Shown: positions 47,961 to 61,763, counted from the first letter of the stretch. The stretch is 64,000 nt of DNA from Callorhinchus milii (GCF_018977255.1 NW_024704742.1:10852001-10916000), one strand, 5' to 3'. The notes: generated by a model not told the origin, from the letters alone. Translations and numbers: made by a program.

Positions 47961-50071
47961 AGTGGTGTCAAATAAAATAAAATAGTATTAATAATTTGGT
48001 CACTCAATCCACGACTGTTTGTGGGATACTGCTGTGCACAATTGGCTGCCATGTTTCACCAGAAAATATAGTCAATTCACTTTACAGTATATTCTGTGAA
48101 GCGCTTTGAGAAGTCTAGAAGATGTGATAAGACGCTACATCAAATGCAAGGATTATTATTATTGTTGAAATTGACCTGGCTGCCACTCTTTCCCCTTTCT
48201 CTTACTGAAAGTATAAAACTACAGTGAAACATTAAGAACTGAGTGAGAGTTGAGTGCGGGTAAAGATGACATTGCCTAATCAGACATTCTGCTGTCATGG
48301 CATAGTGAAGTGGAAGGTTAGAATTCTTGATTTATCTGTCGCAGTCTTCATTTGACCCTGTAGTACTATTTGTGATTTCACGACTGTGAATACATTATTG
48401 GACCGACTACATACTTAACGTTAAAATCTATGACAGATCAAACCAATACATATTTAAATAATTGAACACAATTGCAGCTAGAATGTCCCTTTCCTTCATG
48501 GTGCCTTGTGTTGCAATTATGGGCTCCTTAGAAATAGAAAAAAATCTTTTTTCTTCAGTTTTTCTTCAATTTAAAATGGCCTACAATAACATAAAAGCAT
48601 TGCAATTAAACAGGAAGAACCATTTTACGTTATATGAAAGAGATATTTATTCTTTTTTACATTTGGATGCACAAAATTGCAACAGTAAAATCCGTTTTGA
48701 TGCTTTTACAAGAGTTCACCTGTGATTTTTTTGCTTCATGTGGCAGTTGGCAGTTATGGATGAAGCAAGGTGTAACCTTGTTCTACATGGCTGGAGGGGG
48801 AAATGGACTGGCGTTCTGTCAGTGCGGCAATCTTTTCTATGCGTGTGTGTTTGTGTGTATACATATTACTGTAAAGTGTTGCTGAATTACGCATAGTCGT
48901 TGACAAATATAATATTCTGACCCTCTTATAGATATCAGTGAGCAACAGAGCAGAACAGAGCTGCGTATTGAAAGAACGATCAGAATGCAGACAGGGGTCA
49001 TCGGTTGGGCGAGTGTTGCAGCTAATCATTTGTGCCGTTGGTGCACGGAAGGAAAAGGTTGACCGAATACATAACATCCACTGACGCAAGCTAAACATTA
49101 AATGCAAATCTGAACCAGCTTTAAAGAAGCGCCTGGAAGGGTGAATTATTCCTGTAGTGTAAAAACTAAAGAGGAGTACAGATCCAGGTCAGATATCTGA
49201 GGGTAATCATCTAGAGTTATTTGACTTAGGCTTGAGGCTAAATTGAAGATTTGCTCTAAAACCTGATCACCACAGTTAGTTTGCTCAATCTAATGTTTCT
49301 CCCCCCACCCCCCCCCCCCCCCCCCACCACCACTTCGCTACGAAAATAGCTGAAGTTTGCAAATATTTTGTCTAAAATAAGGAAAGCCATGCACTAATCT
49401 ATGACAACTACCCTGTTATTGTTCTGAGTTTTGTTATTTTAGTTCTCTTATCTACATGCCCATATGAAAATATAATCATACGTGTTTTGGGGTTACATTT
49501 CAGTAAAGAATTCTGTAACATTTGTTATTCAGTTATCATAATGTTTTTAGTAACAAAATATACTTGACATACATGCTACAGAAATTCTGCTGTTTACTTC
49601 CGAGAGTTTTTTTTTGGTAGGGAAACTAAACCAGGTTAACATTTATGCCGCTAAAAATCTACTGCTTTTTTTTAAACAAATCTAGTGCTTTTTTAGTGAA
49701 TATATGCTGCTTTTTTCTTCTGTAAGGTTGGCAGGTATGTGAATAGACTGGGAGCCCTGATCATAACCTAACATAACAACATAACCAGTGCAGATTTAAT
49801 GAAGTACTACAGTTATAGATTTCCAGCAAGAAGCCTTGATATCCTTGTTTCTATCTCTCAGGATCCAGAATAAAAAACTAGGAAAAAATGGAGAGAAAAA
49901 TAATCCTTGCTTTGATATATCACCTTTCATGTCAGAAGCATGTTTCAAAGTGCTTTTGAGACAGGATTCACTGTAAAGTGCGATGAATATGTTATTGTAG
50001 GCAAACTTAGCAGCCAATGCCCCACAAACAACTGTGAACTGAATAATATGTTGAAAAACTCTTGCTAACTA

Positions 50072-50378
50072 TTAATAATAATAATCATTCTTATGTTTGA
50101 TATAGCAACTATCATGTCGGCCGGACGTCTCAAAGTGCTTCACAGAATATACCGTAAAATGAATTGACTGTACGTTTTCTTTTTGTGGGCGAAACGTGGC
50201 AGCCCACAGCAGTGTCCCACAAACAGTTATGGATTGAAGCGACCAATTTTATTATTTTTTTTATTGAGGGATTATCATGGTATGTGGAGTAAGGAAACTT
50301 GCCCAAGGTTTTGCACTGTCGGGAATCAAAATCAAGTCTCTCTCTTGCAAGACGAGTGCTCATGCTACAGGACTCCAC
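50072..50378 (-). mobile_element. tRNA-Ala SINE
   Basis: Head CTACAGGACTCCAC (plus strand) and shared body. Confidence 0.85.
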
Positions 50379-51814
50379 CATGAGGGAGATGAGGGAGAAA
50401 TCCAGTTTGTTTTGAGTTATGAGGGCCTAGTTTGATTCACCTTAACTAGGAATGGAACACAGGTAAATTGATTCATTCTCATAAGCAGCTTGACACTGAT
50501 GTATTGCGCAAGATATTGCATTTTCAGTCAGAGCAACACATGTTGAGAAACAATTATTCTTCCAATTGTCTGTTGTAGACGAGCCAATTTATGAGCTATG
50601 TTTTGGTCAACCAGGTGTCTGACATACACAGAAAGCCATTACCATGCTTAAGTGTCTCCAAAACTGATACTGATAGCTCCACATACGGTGCAGCTACCAT
50701 TATAGCCCTGTCCTTTATGGTGTAAATTCAATAATAACCTGGTTGCAGTGTGAATTCCTATTGCTCTGGCTTCTTCCCACACATAGGATGGCTTTCATGC
50801 TAACATGCCCAACTTCCATGTAATTAGATCTCCGCCAATGTTACATCCTGCTTTGTTGTATTATGTGGAAAGTAGGAAGTGAAGTCGGCAGAAAACTGTC
50901 ACTTAGAAGTCGGCCATTTTAATTGTTGTGGGAACTTGCCAGCACACAAGAAGTAAGTTGGTTGTGTCTCAATATTGCACAGGTTTTTTTGGGGGGAATC
51001 CCCAAAAAGCGTTATAACAAGACTATATTATATATAATATATAATGTATATATATATTAGATATACATTTTGTAGTGCACATTCTCTCCCTGGAAGAAAG
51101 TAAATTGATTACTAAATCAAGGATTGTTAAGGCATAGATGTGCAAGGGCCAAGGCTTATATAAATACTCCACATGATGCATTGATTCCAGGAAACGTTGG
51201 TTGTGTATTTCAGAAGGAGACAATGGATGTAATTTGAAGCTTGTGCTGAATATGTACAGTATGCACATGAGAAAAATAGGAATTACATTACAAATGCCCT
51301 TAATTATGTAATTAATAACCAACAAAAGACTCTAGAATTTCATGTTATCCTTGTCATTAGTTAATTGCAAAACACTTACAATTCCTTATTTACACATGTT
51401 TTTGCAATTAGTTAGCATAACCTGGACTGCTGTAATTCTCCACATTTTGTGTCACAAATTGTGCCATTTTCGGTGCACCTATTTATATGGAGTAATTGTC
51501 CTTGTGCAATCTCATAGATTGACCGCTCCTATTCTCCTGTAATTACAAGATGAATTTGCCATCCCATTGCATTCAATATTGCAGAAGTTTTGAACTTTCC
51601 AGTTCTTGAGCTTTTCTTTCTCAATGTCCATCTGTCAAGTCTTGTCAAAATCTCCTGTAATTGCATTCTAAGATTGCAGTATTTCTTGTTGTTTTCTCAT
51701 CCTGTCTAAAACAATTTCACTGATTGAGCACTATTCTTGAATGAACAACTGAGCCAGAACATTGTCTCAAAAATATAGGTGGCAGAGGTAGAGTACAACA
51801 AACTAAGCTGAGTT

Positions 51815-52195
51815 AGCAGGTTGTGGGATCAAGCCCCACATCAGGACTTTAAAGTCCAGGTTGACACTTAAGTACGGTGCTGGGGAACCTTCATTGTAAG
51901 AGGTGCCATTTTTTAAGTGAAACATTAAACCAAGGTTCTGTCTACCTGTTCACACAAATGTTAAAGATCCCGTGGCACTATTCAAAAAGAGTGTTGCCCA
52001 ATACCCTGCCCAATAACCCTCCAGATAAAATTGATCATTCATTTCATACTGTTTTCACATATTGCAGTGCACAAACTAGCTGCTGTGTTTACCTCCAAAA
52101 TACGGTCGTGTGGAGTCCTGTAGCTCAGTGGTTAGAGCATTTGCCTCGCAAGCGAGAGGTCCAGGTTTGATTCCTGGCAGGGTGAAATGTTGGGC
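51815..52195 (+). mobile_element. Deu-domain SINE followed by a tRNA-Ala SINE head
   Basis: Deu core at ~51900-52020; GTGGAGTCCTGTAGCTCAGTGG at ~52109. Confidence 0.78.
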
Positions 52196-52952
52196 TTCTG
52201 ATAACACTGCAAGCTAAAGCCCTAACAGGTAGGGTAGTCCTAGCTGACCAAGCAGCAGGAAAGTGATAGCAATGGCAAGCTTTGTGCTTTTAGCTGGTTA
52301 GACTCCAGCAGTTACCCCAACGTATATCCTGGGGTCCCCAAGTCTTGATTCTTGCCAACCTACCTTGCAGAATTAGGTAAGCAGGATGCATCCCTCCATG
52401 GGGAAAGTGCGCACTCCATTCCAACAATTTATCTGGAAATTCTACATGTAGGTGGGAAGCATGGAAATCGCAGCTTGGTTTGGATACTCATAAGCATGGT
52501 GATGTGTTTCTGCATTTCTCAGACAGACACCCTGCTGACCCCTCCAAAAATGATTAAAAGATCTGCTAAGATATAATAAACTGGTGCAACAAGGTTTTAC
52601 TTTAAAGTCAAGTATTTATAGGAAGATGCAATAGCCAATACGCAGACAGCAATGTGCCATAAACAACATGAAATGATTGAGCAATTTTACCTGGAGGATT
52701 ATTGGCCAGGACAGTGGGAGAGACTGCCTTCTCTTTTCAAATTTTGCCATGGGATCCTTAACAGGCAGACAGGATATCAATTTAATGTCTCATCTGAAAG
52801 ATGTCACCTCTGACAATGCAGCCTAGATTGATACCTGTGGGTAAATGATGTGATGTTAGTGAAAATTGATCTATCCAGTGCAGTTATTTTGTGAAAAACT
52901 GAACAAGGTTTTATTTTCCTAGGAGGTTTTATCTAATTGGAAGTCTTGTCTG

Positions 52953-53623
52953 TGTTAGAAAATAAAATCAGCCAAATCTGCAAGGAAATAACGCTAATTC
53001 CTCTAACCAGATATCAGACTGTTTTATTATAATTTGTTCGTTATTCCCCAATATCCCGATGGGTCAGACCAAAGGCCGGTACAATCAACAGCTCTTATAA
53101 CAGAATAACACTACTATAGATATCTCGAGTTCAAGAGTTCAACACTGTGTCTTTACAGCACACAAGCTTGATTCTTCATGCTTTCAGTCTTCTTGCTGAC
53201 AGCTTTCAATCTTCCATCTGATATCCTCAGTCTTAGTGTTTCCAGCTCTCAGTCTTCCATCTCCGTAGCCTTGTCTCCGCAGCCCGGGACGGCTCCATCT
53301 CCCGTATCCTTGTCTCCGCGACCCGGGACGGCTCCATCTCCCGTATCCTTGTCTCCGCGACCCGGGACGGCCCCGTACACAAAGTTATCGGAACGCTTAT
53401 ACCAATATTCATCCAATCATGGTGTGGATATTAGATCACCCGGTCGAAATCATGCTGGGTTCACGTGAACATCTCATGGGGTGTACGTGCCTCACACACA
53501 CAAACACACTGTCCTTGAGACAGTCCCTTATCTCGTGTACGTGTAGGGAGTTTCAGTCCAGCTGCCTACAACACACTTAACTTAAAAGTTAACCCGTTCG
53601 CAACATCTATTATGATTCTAACA
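52953..53623 (-). mobile_element. Solo LTR (LTR retrotransposon/ERV), relatively young
   Basis: Termini TGTTAGAA...TTCTAACA (8-bp inverted repeat, TG...CA); on the minus strand CCAAT-type boxes, then TATAAG (~53400), then AATAAA (~53028); CpG-rich relative to flanks; no clean TSD seen. Confidence 0.7.
53254..53370 (+). repeat. 39-bp minisatellite, 3 copies, inside the LTR
   Basis: Unit CTCCATCTCCCGTATCCTTGTCTCCGCGACCCGGGACGG; copies 2 and 3 identical, copy 1 diverged. Confidence 0.95.
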
Positions 53624-53899
53624 TTATACAAAAAGTGTAAATTCTACCATCTGTGCTCCTTCACTTCCCTCAGGAGATGAAATAAAGTGGGCGCATAATC
53701 TGTTAAAAAGATTTCCAATGAACTTTGTGGACCACATTGCCTTTTCATTTCACGTTTGTTCCATACTTTCTTTCTCTACTTTGCGAGACTGAAGTCAATA
53801 AACAATGCAGGCGTGGAGGAAGACTTGCTCAAGGTCTTTGAGGCCAATCTCACAATGGATTGAAAGATCTACAAGAGTGGCAGATCTACAAGAGTGTCA

Positions 53900-54148
53900 G
53901 TTTGTTCCTACTTGGTTATTAGTTGATTGACGGACCGCTTTTTCGGGATAATAATTCCTTCAACAAAAAAAATGTAGTCACTCATTCCACGACTGTTTGT
54001 GAGACACTGCTGTGTGCAATAAGCTGCAGCGGTTCGCCTACAAAATATTCAGTCAATTCACTTTAGATATATCCTGCGAAGCGCTTTGTAACGTCTCAAA
54101 GACGTGATAAACTGCTATATCAAATGCAAGGATTATTATTATTATTAT
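53900..54148 (+). mobile_element. SINE 3' portion, older subfamily
   Basis: Shared body and (ATT)n tail. Confidence 0.8.
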
Positions 54149-54275
54149 TCTATTAGGACATTCATTAATGTGTGTGTGTAGAACTGAAACAAAAAATATC
54201 CAATCCTACTGATGTTAAAAGAAAGTTGTGTATAGTAGTCTCTCAATTGATTTCTTCCCTAAATAACTATTTGAG

Positions 54276-54938
54276 AATAATAATAATAATCCTTGCATTT
54301 GATATAGCATCATATCATGTCTTCGAGACGTCTCAAAGCGCTTCACTGAATATATAATAATAATAATCCTTGGATTTAATATAGCGCTTTTCATGTCTTC
54401 TAGAAGTCTCAAAGCGCTTCACAGAATATACCATAAAGTGAATTGACTGTATATTTGTGGGAGAAACACGGTAGCCAATTGCGCACAGCAGTGCCCCACA
54501 AACAGTCGTGGATTGAAATGACCAATTTATTATTGTATTTTTTTCTTGAGGGATTATTATCAGGCATGTGGAGTAAGGAAACTTGCCTAAGGTTTCACTC
54601 TGCCAGGAATCAAACCCAGATTTCTCGCTTTATATACTGTAAAGTGAATTGACTGTATATTTTGTGGGCAAAATGCAGAGGCCAATTGTGCACAGCAGTG
54701 TCCCACAAACAGTCATGGATTGAAGTGACCAATTTATTGTTATTTATTTTGAAGGAGTTATTGCCCCCGAAAAGCGATCCGCCAGTTGACTGACAACTGG
54801 ATTCTTGCTTACTGCTAGGTAAACAGTGGAGTGTGAGTGGAGTAAGGAAACTTGCCCAACATTAAGCCCTGCCCGGGAATCAAATTCAGGTCTCTCGCTT
54901 GCGAGGCGAGTACTCTAACCACTGAGGTACAGGACTCC
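54276..54938 (-). mobile_element. Nested SINE cluster (one SINE inserted into another, same orientation)
   Basis: Tail 54276-54354, second copy ~54355-54630, remainder of the long-subfamily copy 54632-54938; TATA(T) at both junctions. Confidence 0.82.
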
Positions 54939-57900
54939 AATAGTTGTTGTTTGTAACAATTTTACTGTGAACAAAACTATCTGCCACTTTCACCCACAAA
55001 CACTTTGTCACTCCACTTTACAGTATATCCTGTGAAGTGCTTTAAGACTTCTTCACAATGTGAAAGGCACTAAATCAAATTTACGTTTTATTATTTAATT
55101 CCCTTTTTCATTTGTTGATCTGCCTCCACTTATTCACTACTCTGTGTAAAATATCGAATTTGATGCCATTTATCATCATCACTCTTTATTCTCCTTCCCC
55201 AATTGTGTCACTCTGCATTTGTCCACATTAAATGATATTTGCCACTTGCCAGCCCAATATCATCTAACCTGATCCCTCTGGATCTGGATTTGGTTAGCCT
55301 GCTCCCTCACTTTGGTTACATCAGCAAAATTATTTAGAAACTTAACCATTTCTAAATAATTTTATATGGAGCAAAAAGGCAAGCATTGATTCCTGCAGCA
55401 TCCCGCTGGTTACCTTTCCTAAGATTGAGTCAATCCCTTTCAGAAGTTGCTCTTTATTCCAGTGTTGTGAATCACTTCTCTTTGTAGAACAATGTCAAAC
55501 CATTGTTAAAAATAACTGTGCAACACTCATTGATATAGTGGACTCTCCAGTCACTACACTTTACAATAAATCCTGTAAGGCACTTGGAGATGCCTTCCTG
55601 ATGTGAAGGGCGCTATCTCGAATGTAAGGACTTATTTATTCATGAACATACATGGCATTATGTTTCAGAAACTTTCCCACATTTTGGGGGGAAATTGTAT
55701 TGGAAACATCGACGTTTCTGAATAACTGCACCATTAAGTTGTTTGCACTGCGTCCGGTAACCAATTCAAAACTTTTAGAATTCACAATTTAGCTAGTCTT
55801 TGGCACCCAAAGCACATTTCAGTGCATGATACATCATTATCCTTCTCTTGTTCAGTATGTCAACAGAAAACCGAGATATGTCCTTTGCCCTTTGTATTTG
55901 TTTAACTGCACATCGCTGTTGTTGCGCTCTTGACATTTGCTGCTTGCATTTACTGGCAGATAAGGTGCCATTAAAAGTACTTTTATTTGCAGTGACAGCA
56001 ATCAGCCCTTTGTTGAGGTGATGGTTCTGAACCATGTACTGTTTATACTTCACAGCCTTATTTTATTCTAAATGATGGGAATTAATACAGAGGTCCTCTG
56101 AATAAAACATAACTATTTTGCTGGCTGTTGAAAAGGATGATATTTTAATGGAAACTGACTTATTGGAATTCACACGTCATTTTATACAATGCTTTATCAT
56201 ATACTTTAGCTTTAACTGCCCATCAGTCTCCGACTCTGACTCTTCATGGTAAGGATCTTAAGTTGATGGAATACGTTACTTTCCTTCCTCTTACAGGCTT
56301 TCATAACCCAATAGAATAATTGAGCTCTTTCCAACCTTCACTAGGGCTTATCAATTTAGTATATATTATTACCAAAACTTCTTAATAATGATGGAAGAAC
56401 ATGCGGACAGATCTAGCTATATGCCCATCCATTTATTCTGTTCCATAACAGGGAAAAGTCTTATCCCATCTTAATAATCTTTGCGTTTGATATAGTTCCT
56501 TACCACATCAAGATGCTTGAAGGAGTTTACCGTGAAATGACTTGCATACAGTAATGTGCTACAACAGGCGCGAAATGAATGGAGTAATTTTATGTGGGGA
56601 TACTCCAGCACAGGATTGGAGCACAATTGATGACTGCAGTGATAGTTTTTCCTATAAATACTTGGTTAATCCTATGAAAACGTTTAAATTGCAATTGGCT
56701 ACCTCATTCACCAATAAAATACAGTCACTGCACCTTACAGTAAATGCTGCAAAGTGCTTGAAACATTTGTAGAGTTTCTCCCCCCATAGTCATGGAAATG
56801 GCCTTTCATTGACTGAGACGTAAGTCATTGCCACGTGAGAACTTCTCTATGACTTAATACACCAACATTTTACATTTAAGCAGCACCTTACATTTCAGGA
56901 GAACCTCTCAAAGCCTTCAAATCAATCTTCCACAACACAGTTTGTACGGTTCAATGGGAATTCTAGCGGGTTTGCTTATTAAGCAATTTCATTTAAAAAG
57001 TCACAATTTAGAGCCCAAGTCACATAAAAGGGATAAACGCTGTAATTCTTTTCATCCTCAATCACCTTTTCTGAAACCTACTCTCTTTTCTTTTCCTCTC
57101 TGTCCTTTAAGTGGTACTTTTTCACCCATGCAAACTATTATAGCTTCTGTATTTTATCCCATTTTAAATTCAAATAGATTTGCTGATCTTTACTCTTCCC
57201 TGTCTATGAAATACATATTATTTAATTTGCCAAAAGTGTCTCGAAAGGCCAGTTGGCATCCAATCAAACTGTGAAGATATGCATTTGATGTGTCATAGGC
57301 TCAGGAAAGCCAATTGTTTGCTGCTTGCAAACAGGAAAGAGTGACAGAAGAATAACTATAACTTTGTTATAGTTATAGCAATCTGCCAATCGACTAACAA
57401 CCGAGTTCCTACTTACTGCTAGGTAAACAGAGGCATGTGGAGTAAGGAAACTTACCCAAGATTTCGCCCTGTTTGGAATCAAACTCAGATCTTATCGCTT
57501 GCTAGGCACACATAATCACACACTGGCCACACAACACAGATACAGCCCAACCACGTACCACATTTATACATACAGTGCACCATGTGTGCAGATGTGCCCA
57601 GAAGGTTTGCTTTGATGATCATAAAGGAAATGCCTTGTTGTTGTAAGATGATAAAGCTATGGTTTCACGTAGAAGTACATTTGTTCAGGGTTTTTTTTAT
57701 GGAACGTACAGCTTAAAATTTACAAAGGAAGAAAACTATCCATGGATCAACTCATCAGTTTGAATCATTTCTGAATCATTTTAGCAGAATGGAAATGAGT
57801 CTTCTTTCCATGGGGGTTATTTTGTGGGATGCTACAGTTCTATTTCTGATACATGCCAAAATATCTTTGACAGAATAGGCAAAGAGGAGGTTGATTTAAT

Positions 57901-58140
57901 ATATTTTTTCCAAATGATGTTGCTTTCAACATTTACTGTAATTGTATATTGTATATTGGGTGGATGGATGGGAAGGAGGGGGAAATCAGAAACCAGTTCA
58001 AGCCTGTCTTGACAAAGCCAAGTATCTAGAAATCCTATGGACTATTGTAAAGTTTTATAATATGATCTTCAACAGTGCATTGATACGTCTAACAGGTTAT
58101 CGATTCTCTTGGAGTCCCATTCTTTAGTGTTGAAAGTGCT

Positions 58141-58526
58141 CAACAACAACAATATTCCATTTATAGAGCGCCTTTCACGTCGGGAGGACGCCCCACAAGC
58201 GAGAGGACCCGGTTCAATTCCCAGGTGGGGTGAAACCTTAGGCAAATTTCCTTATTCTGCACACCTCTGTTTACCTAGCAGCAAGCAGGAACCCAGTTGT
58301 GAGTCGATTGGCAGATTGCTTTTTGGGAGGTAATAATCTTTCCAAAAAATAAAAAATATGGTCAATCAATCCACGACTGTTTGTGGGACACTGATGTGCG
58401 CAATTGGCTGCTGCGATTCACCTGCAAAATCCACTGTTAATTTGGTTTACAGTATATACTGCAAAGCGGTTTGAGATGCCTCAATGACATGATAAGGCGC
58501 TATATCAAATGCAAAGATTATTATTG
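58141..58526. mobile_element. Chimera: L2 tail (minus) fused to a SINE (plus)
   Basis: (CAA)n ATTCCATTTATAGAGCGCCTTTCACGTCGGGAGGACG joined directly to CAAGCGAGAGGACCCGGTTCAATTCC. Confidence 0.78.
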
Positions 58527-60164
58527 ACATACAGTACACCAAAGCTACGCAGGTTTGTTAGCCGTAAAAATCATAGACAGTTGAGTTATATGGAGTCAGG
58601 AAACCTTTTTTTCCCAGGCCTAATATTGTACAACTTTTTTTTAAGAATATACATTTGCAGTAAAATTGCTTCATAAGAAATCCTTGAATATGTTTCATTT
58701 GACTACGATTAGCAATTCGAAAAGCTCTCATTGTGGAGGTGTGGAAGATATCTAAAATATTGGGTAGAGCAATTCCTCATAACATGAATGTAATTTGCAC
58801 ATGTCTTGACTCGCTAATTTTAGTTGATAATAGACTTGACAACTTCTTGGCTTACTGACTAATTTTGAAATGTTTTGGCATTAGGGATCCAATTTTTCTT
58901 TGTTGATTAAAATTGGGACAAACACCAACTTTTCCAGCTTTCTCAAGAGTGATTAATGAAATTAAATCCCCCTGTGCTGACATTTCTATGATTTGATTGT
59001 ATGAAATTATACAATCACTGGCATTTGCTGAATTCAGGATGTTAAGTAATACCCCTTGTATTTTCCATTGATAAAATGGAAGCGGCAAATGAGGAGGCGA
59101 TTGTGGAATTTTTAACACAGCCAGAGTATCTCAACAATCCAACTGAGAGATGGAGAAGTGAAAGCTCTTGAATCAGGGTCTTGGTTGAAGGCAAAGGCTC
59201 AATGTTTGAATTGAAAAGAGTGTTTCTCCAAGGAGGCTCTGTATGTATTTTTTTGGACTGACAGCATGGCAATTTTCGTCAGCAGGGTTTCCCACTCACC
59301 CCCATGCAGAACGTGACTGACACACTGAATCTGGCCTCTCTGATGTGGGACAACAACAACTTGCATTCATATAGTGCCCCTCACACAGGGTAGTGTCTCA
59401 GAGCACTTGACATGGAGTTAAGGAGGTAACTCCATGACTTGACCAGGTGTACCTCCAACTGAGTTTCATGGGAATATTGTCTTCAGTAGATGGTTTTCAA
59501 ACAAGAGTTTCCCACACCACTGCTGTAATGGAGAATCAGTTGGGAGGATGTCCCAAGGTGCTGGACAGTAAAGGATTTGCACGATCCTCACAATTATCCA
59601 GGATTTAGTGCTCAAACACATCTGTGGCCATCTGAAAATATTTTCCTCTAGTTGTATTCATAGATTAGCATGAGTACAGCTGGTTGGGATACACGTCAAT
59701 AGCTATTCGGTGCTTCAGGTAAATAAGTGACAGCAGTTGTTGTCTCAGGGAGTATTCAGCCTACAGTGACTGCGCACTAGGGATGTCTGTATCTGCTTTA
59801 GGTTCATCAGACTTATTTGCAAATGCAGGTAACTGTCCTTCTGTATCCTCAGATGCACCAGTTTGCTCAGCAGCCATCTGCCAGTGCTGCTATTTCAACA
59901 TGAGCAGCACCTAGCAGGACATGTACACACTCAGCAGGAACAGGTTCACAAGACACAAGGGCTAAACACTAGAGCAAACCTCATTAAACACATCAACGTT
60001 AGCACTGTATGACTCAATAAATACTGCAATTTTTAAAATTAATTTTTTTAAAAATAAAATGCGTTTCGCCCACAAAATACACAGTCAGTACACTTTACAG
60101 GGTATTCTGTGAAGTGAAGTCTTGAAGATGTGATAAGACATTATATAAAAAGAAATGCACGGAT

Positions 60165-60685
60165 TAATAATCCTTATATTTGATATATGGCATCTTTCAT
60201 ATTAGAAGAGTAATTGCACAGTGTAAAGTGTATATAACTGTATTTGTGGGTGAATACGACAGCCGCTTTGCACGTGGCAATGTCCCACAAACCATGTGAA
60301 TGACCAATTATATTTGTGGTGTTCTTGGCCAGGACACCAGACAAGCTCCCTTCTCTTTTGCGAATTGTGCCATTGGATTTTTATTGTGCATTTGAACAGG
60401 CAGACAGGACCTTGTGTCAGGGCTCATCTGAACCTCTCAGCAGGCAGTGCATCTATCAATGCATTGCTTCCGCAACACGGTATTGGAACGTCAGCCTAGA
60501 CTGTAAATTCAAAGTCCCAATGTGGGATTTGAATCCTTCTAACTCAGATGAAAGTGTTACCAACTGAGCCAGGCTGACACCTGGCTTAAGTGTTACCAAC
60601 TGAGCCAGGCTGACACCTGTCTTAAGTGTTACCAACTGAACCAGGCTGACACCTGGCTCTGGCTCAGTTGGTAGCACTCTCACCT
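60165..60685 (-). mobile_element. Deu-domain SINE with triplicated 36-bp head and a terminal inverted head copy
   Basis: AAGTGTTACCAACTGAGCCAGGCTGACACCTGGCTT units at 60552, 60588 and 60624; CTGGCTCAGTTGGTAGCACT at 60659. Confidence 0.85.
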
Positions 60686-61432
60686 TTGTTCAATCTCACA
60701 AATATCTTGCAGTAAATCTTTATTTAATATCACCTAAAGTAAAGGATCAATTGACTAGTATGAGTGGATGTGGACCAGTTGAGCTGAGAGGTGAGGATAC
60801 AGTGGGTGTTGCAGTTCTCTAAATGCTTCTATATTTTAGAGTGATGTCAGGCTTGTTCTGCAATCACAGTTTAACTGTTAAGCCTGAGAGGTCTGTTTTT
60901 AATGGAGATTTTTATAGATCCTTGTTGCTACAGTTAGTCCACATATTAATAGTCAGAGCTTGCATGCAATAAACTGGGGAGCTGCTTTGTGAATATTAAT
61001 AAGCAGTGTGTGCATACAGCACATTCTCTGAGGTTACTTTGCAAAGCTGAGTTATGGACACTGTAAATTGAGACATATTCATAGGAAATTTCAGTTTTCA
61101 TGGACCCAATGCTGCATGAATATAGTGATAATAAATTGTGCAAATGATCCAGTTTGCAGGCGTCCACCACTCGTGTTGGACATTTACTCTCGGCAGAGAG
61201 CCATTCTGATCGGTCCAACAATTCTGAATACTTTGTGGCTTTTTACCCCATTGTTTTACCATTGCTGTGCTCATTATTGGCAGTTCTGATCTGGCATTGA
61301 TAACTTTATCAATGTGGCCTCTCAGCAATGCCATCTTGTGCATTTCTCCTCAATTAACTTTTAACTAGCTCAACCAAATTCATCTCCACTTTCTTCGACA
61401 CTTACACTCATTTTTGAATGGTAGGAGTGCCT

Positions 61433-61757
61433 GTGGAATCCTGTAGCTCAGTGGTTAGAGCACTCGGTTTGCAAGTGAGAGACCTGAGTTCAATTCCAGG
61501 CAGAGGGCGAAACCTTGGGCAAGTTTCCTTACTCCACACAGAGCCTAATAATAATCCCTCCAAAACCAAAAACAATAATTAAAAAATTGGTCATTTTCAA
61601 TCTATGACTGTTTGTGGGATATTGCTGTGCGCAATTGGCTGCCGCGTTCGCCCACAAATATACAGTCAATTCACTTTACAGTGTGTTCTGTGAAGCGCTT
61701 TGGGACGTCCTCCCGACGTGAAAAGCGCTATATCAAATGCAAGGATTATTATTATAT
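61433..61757 (+). mobile_element. Full-length young tRNA-Ala SINE
   Basis: Near-identical to 22508-22834. Confidence 0.95.
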
Positions 61758-61763
61758 TATATA

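Noticed and set aside
53178..53468. ORF with SPRPGTAPSPVSL repeats
   Set aside because: Translation of the 39-bp minisatellite inside a solo LTR
59075..59170. Short protein-like ORF MEAANEEAIVEFLTQPEYLNNPTERWRSESS
   Set aside because: Only 31 codons, with no promoter or splice support and no recognisable homology
60552..60658. CRISPR-like 36-bp repeat array
   Set aside because: Repeats are contiguous with no spacers, derive from a SINE head, and the DNA is vertebrate
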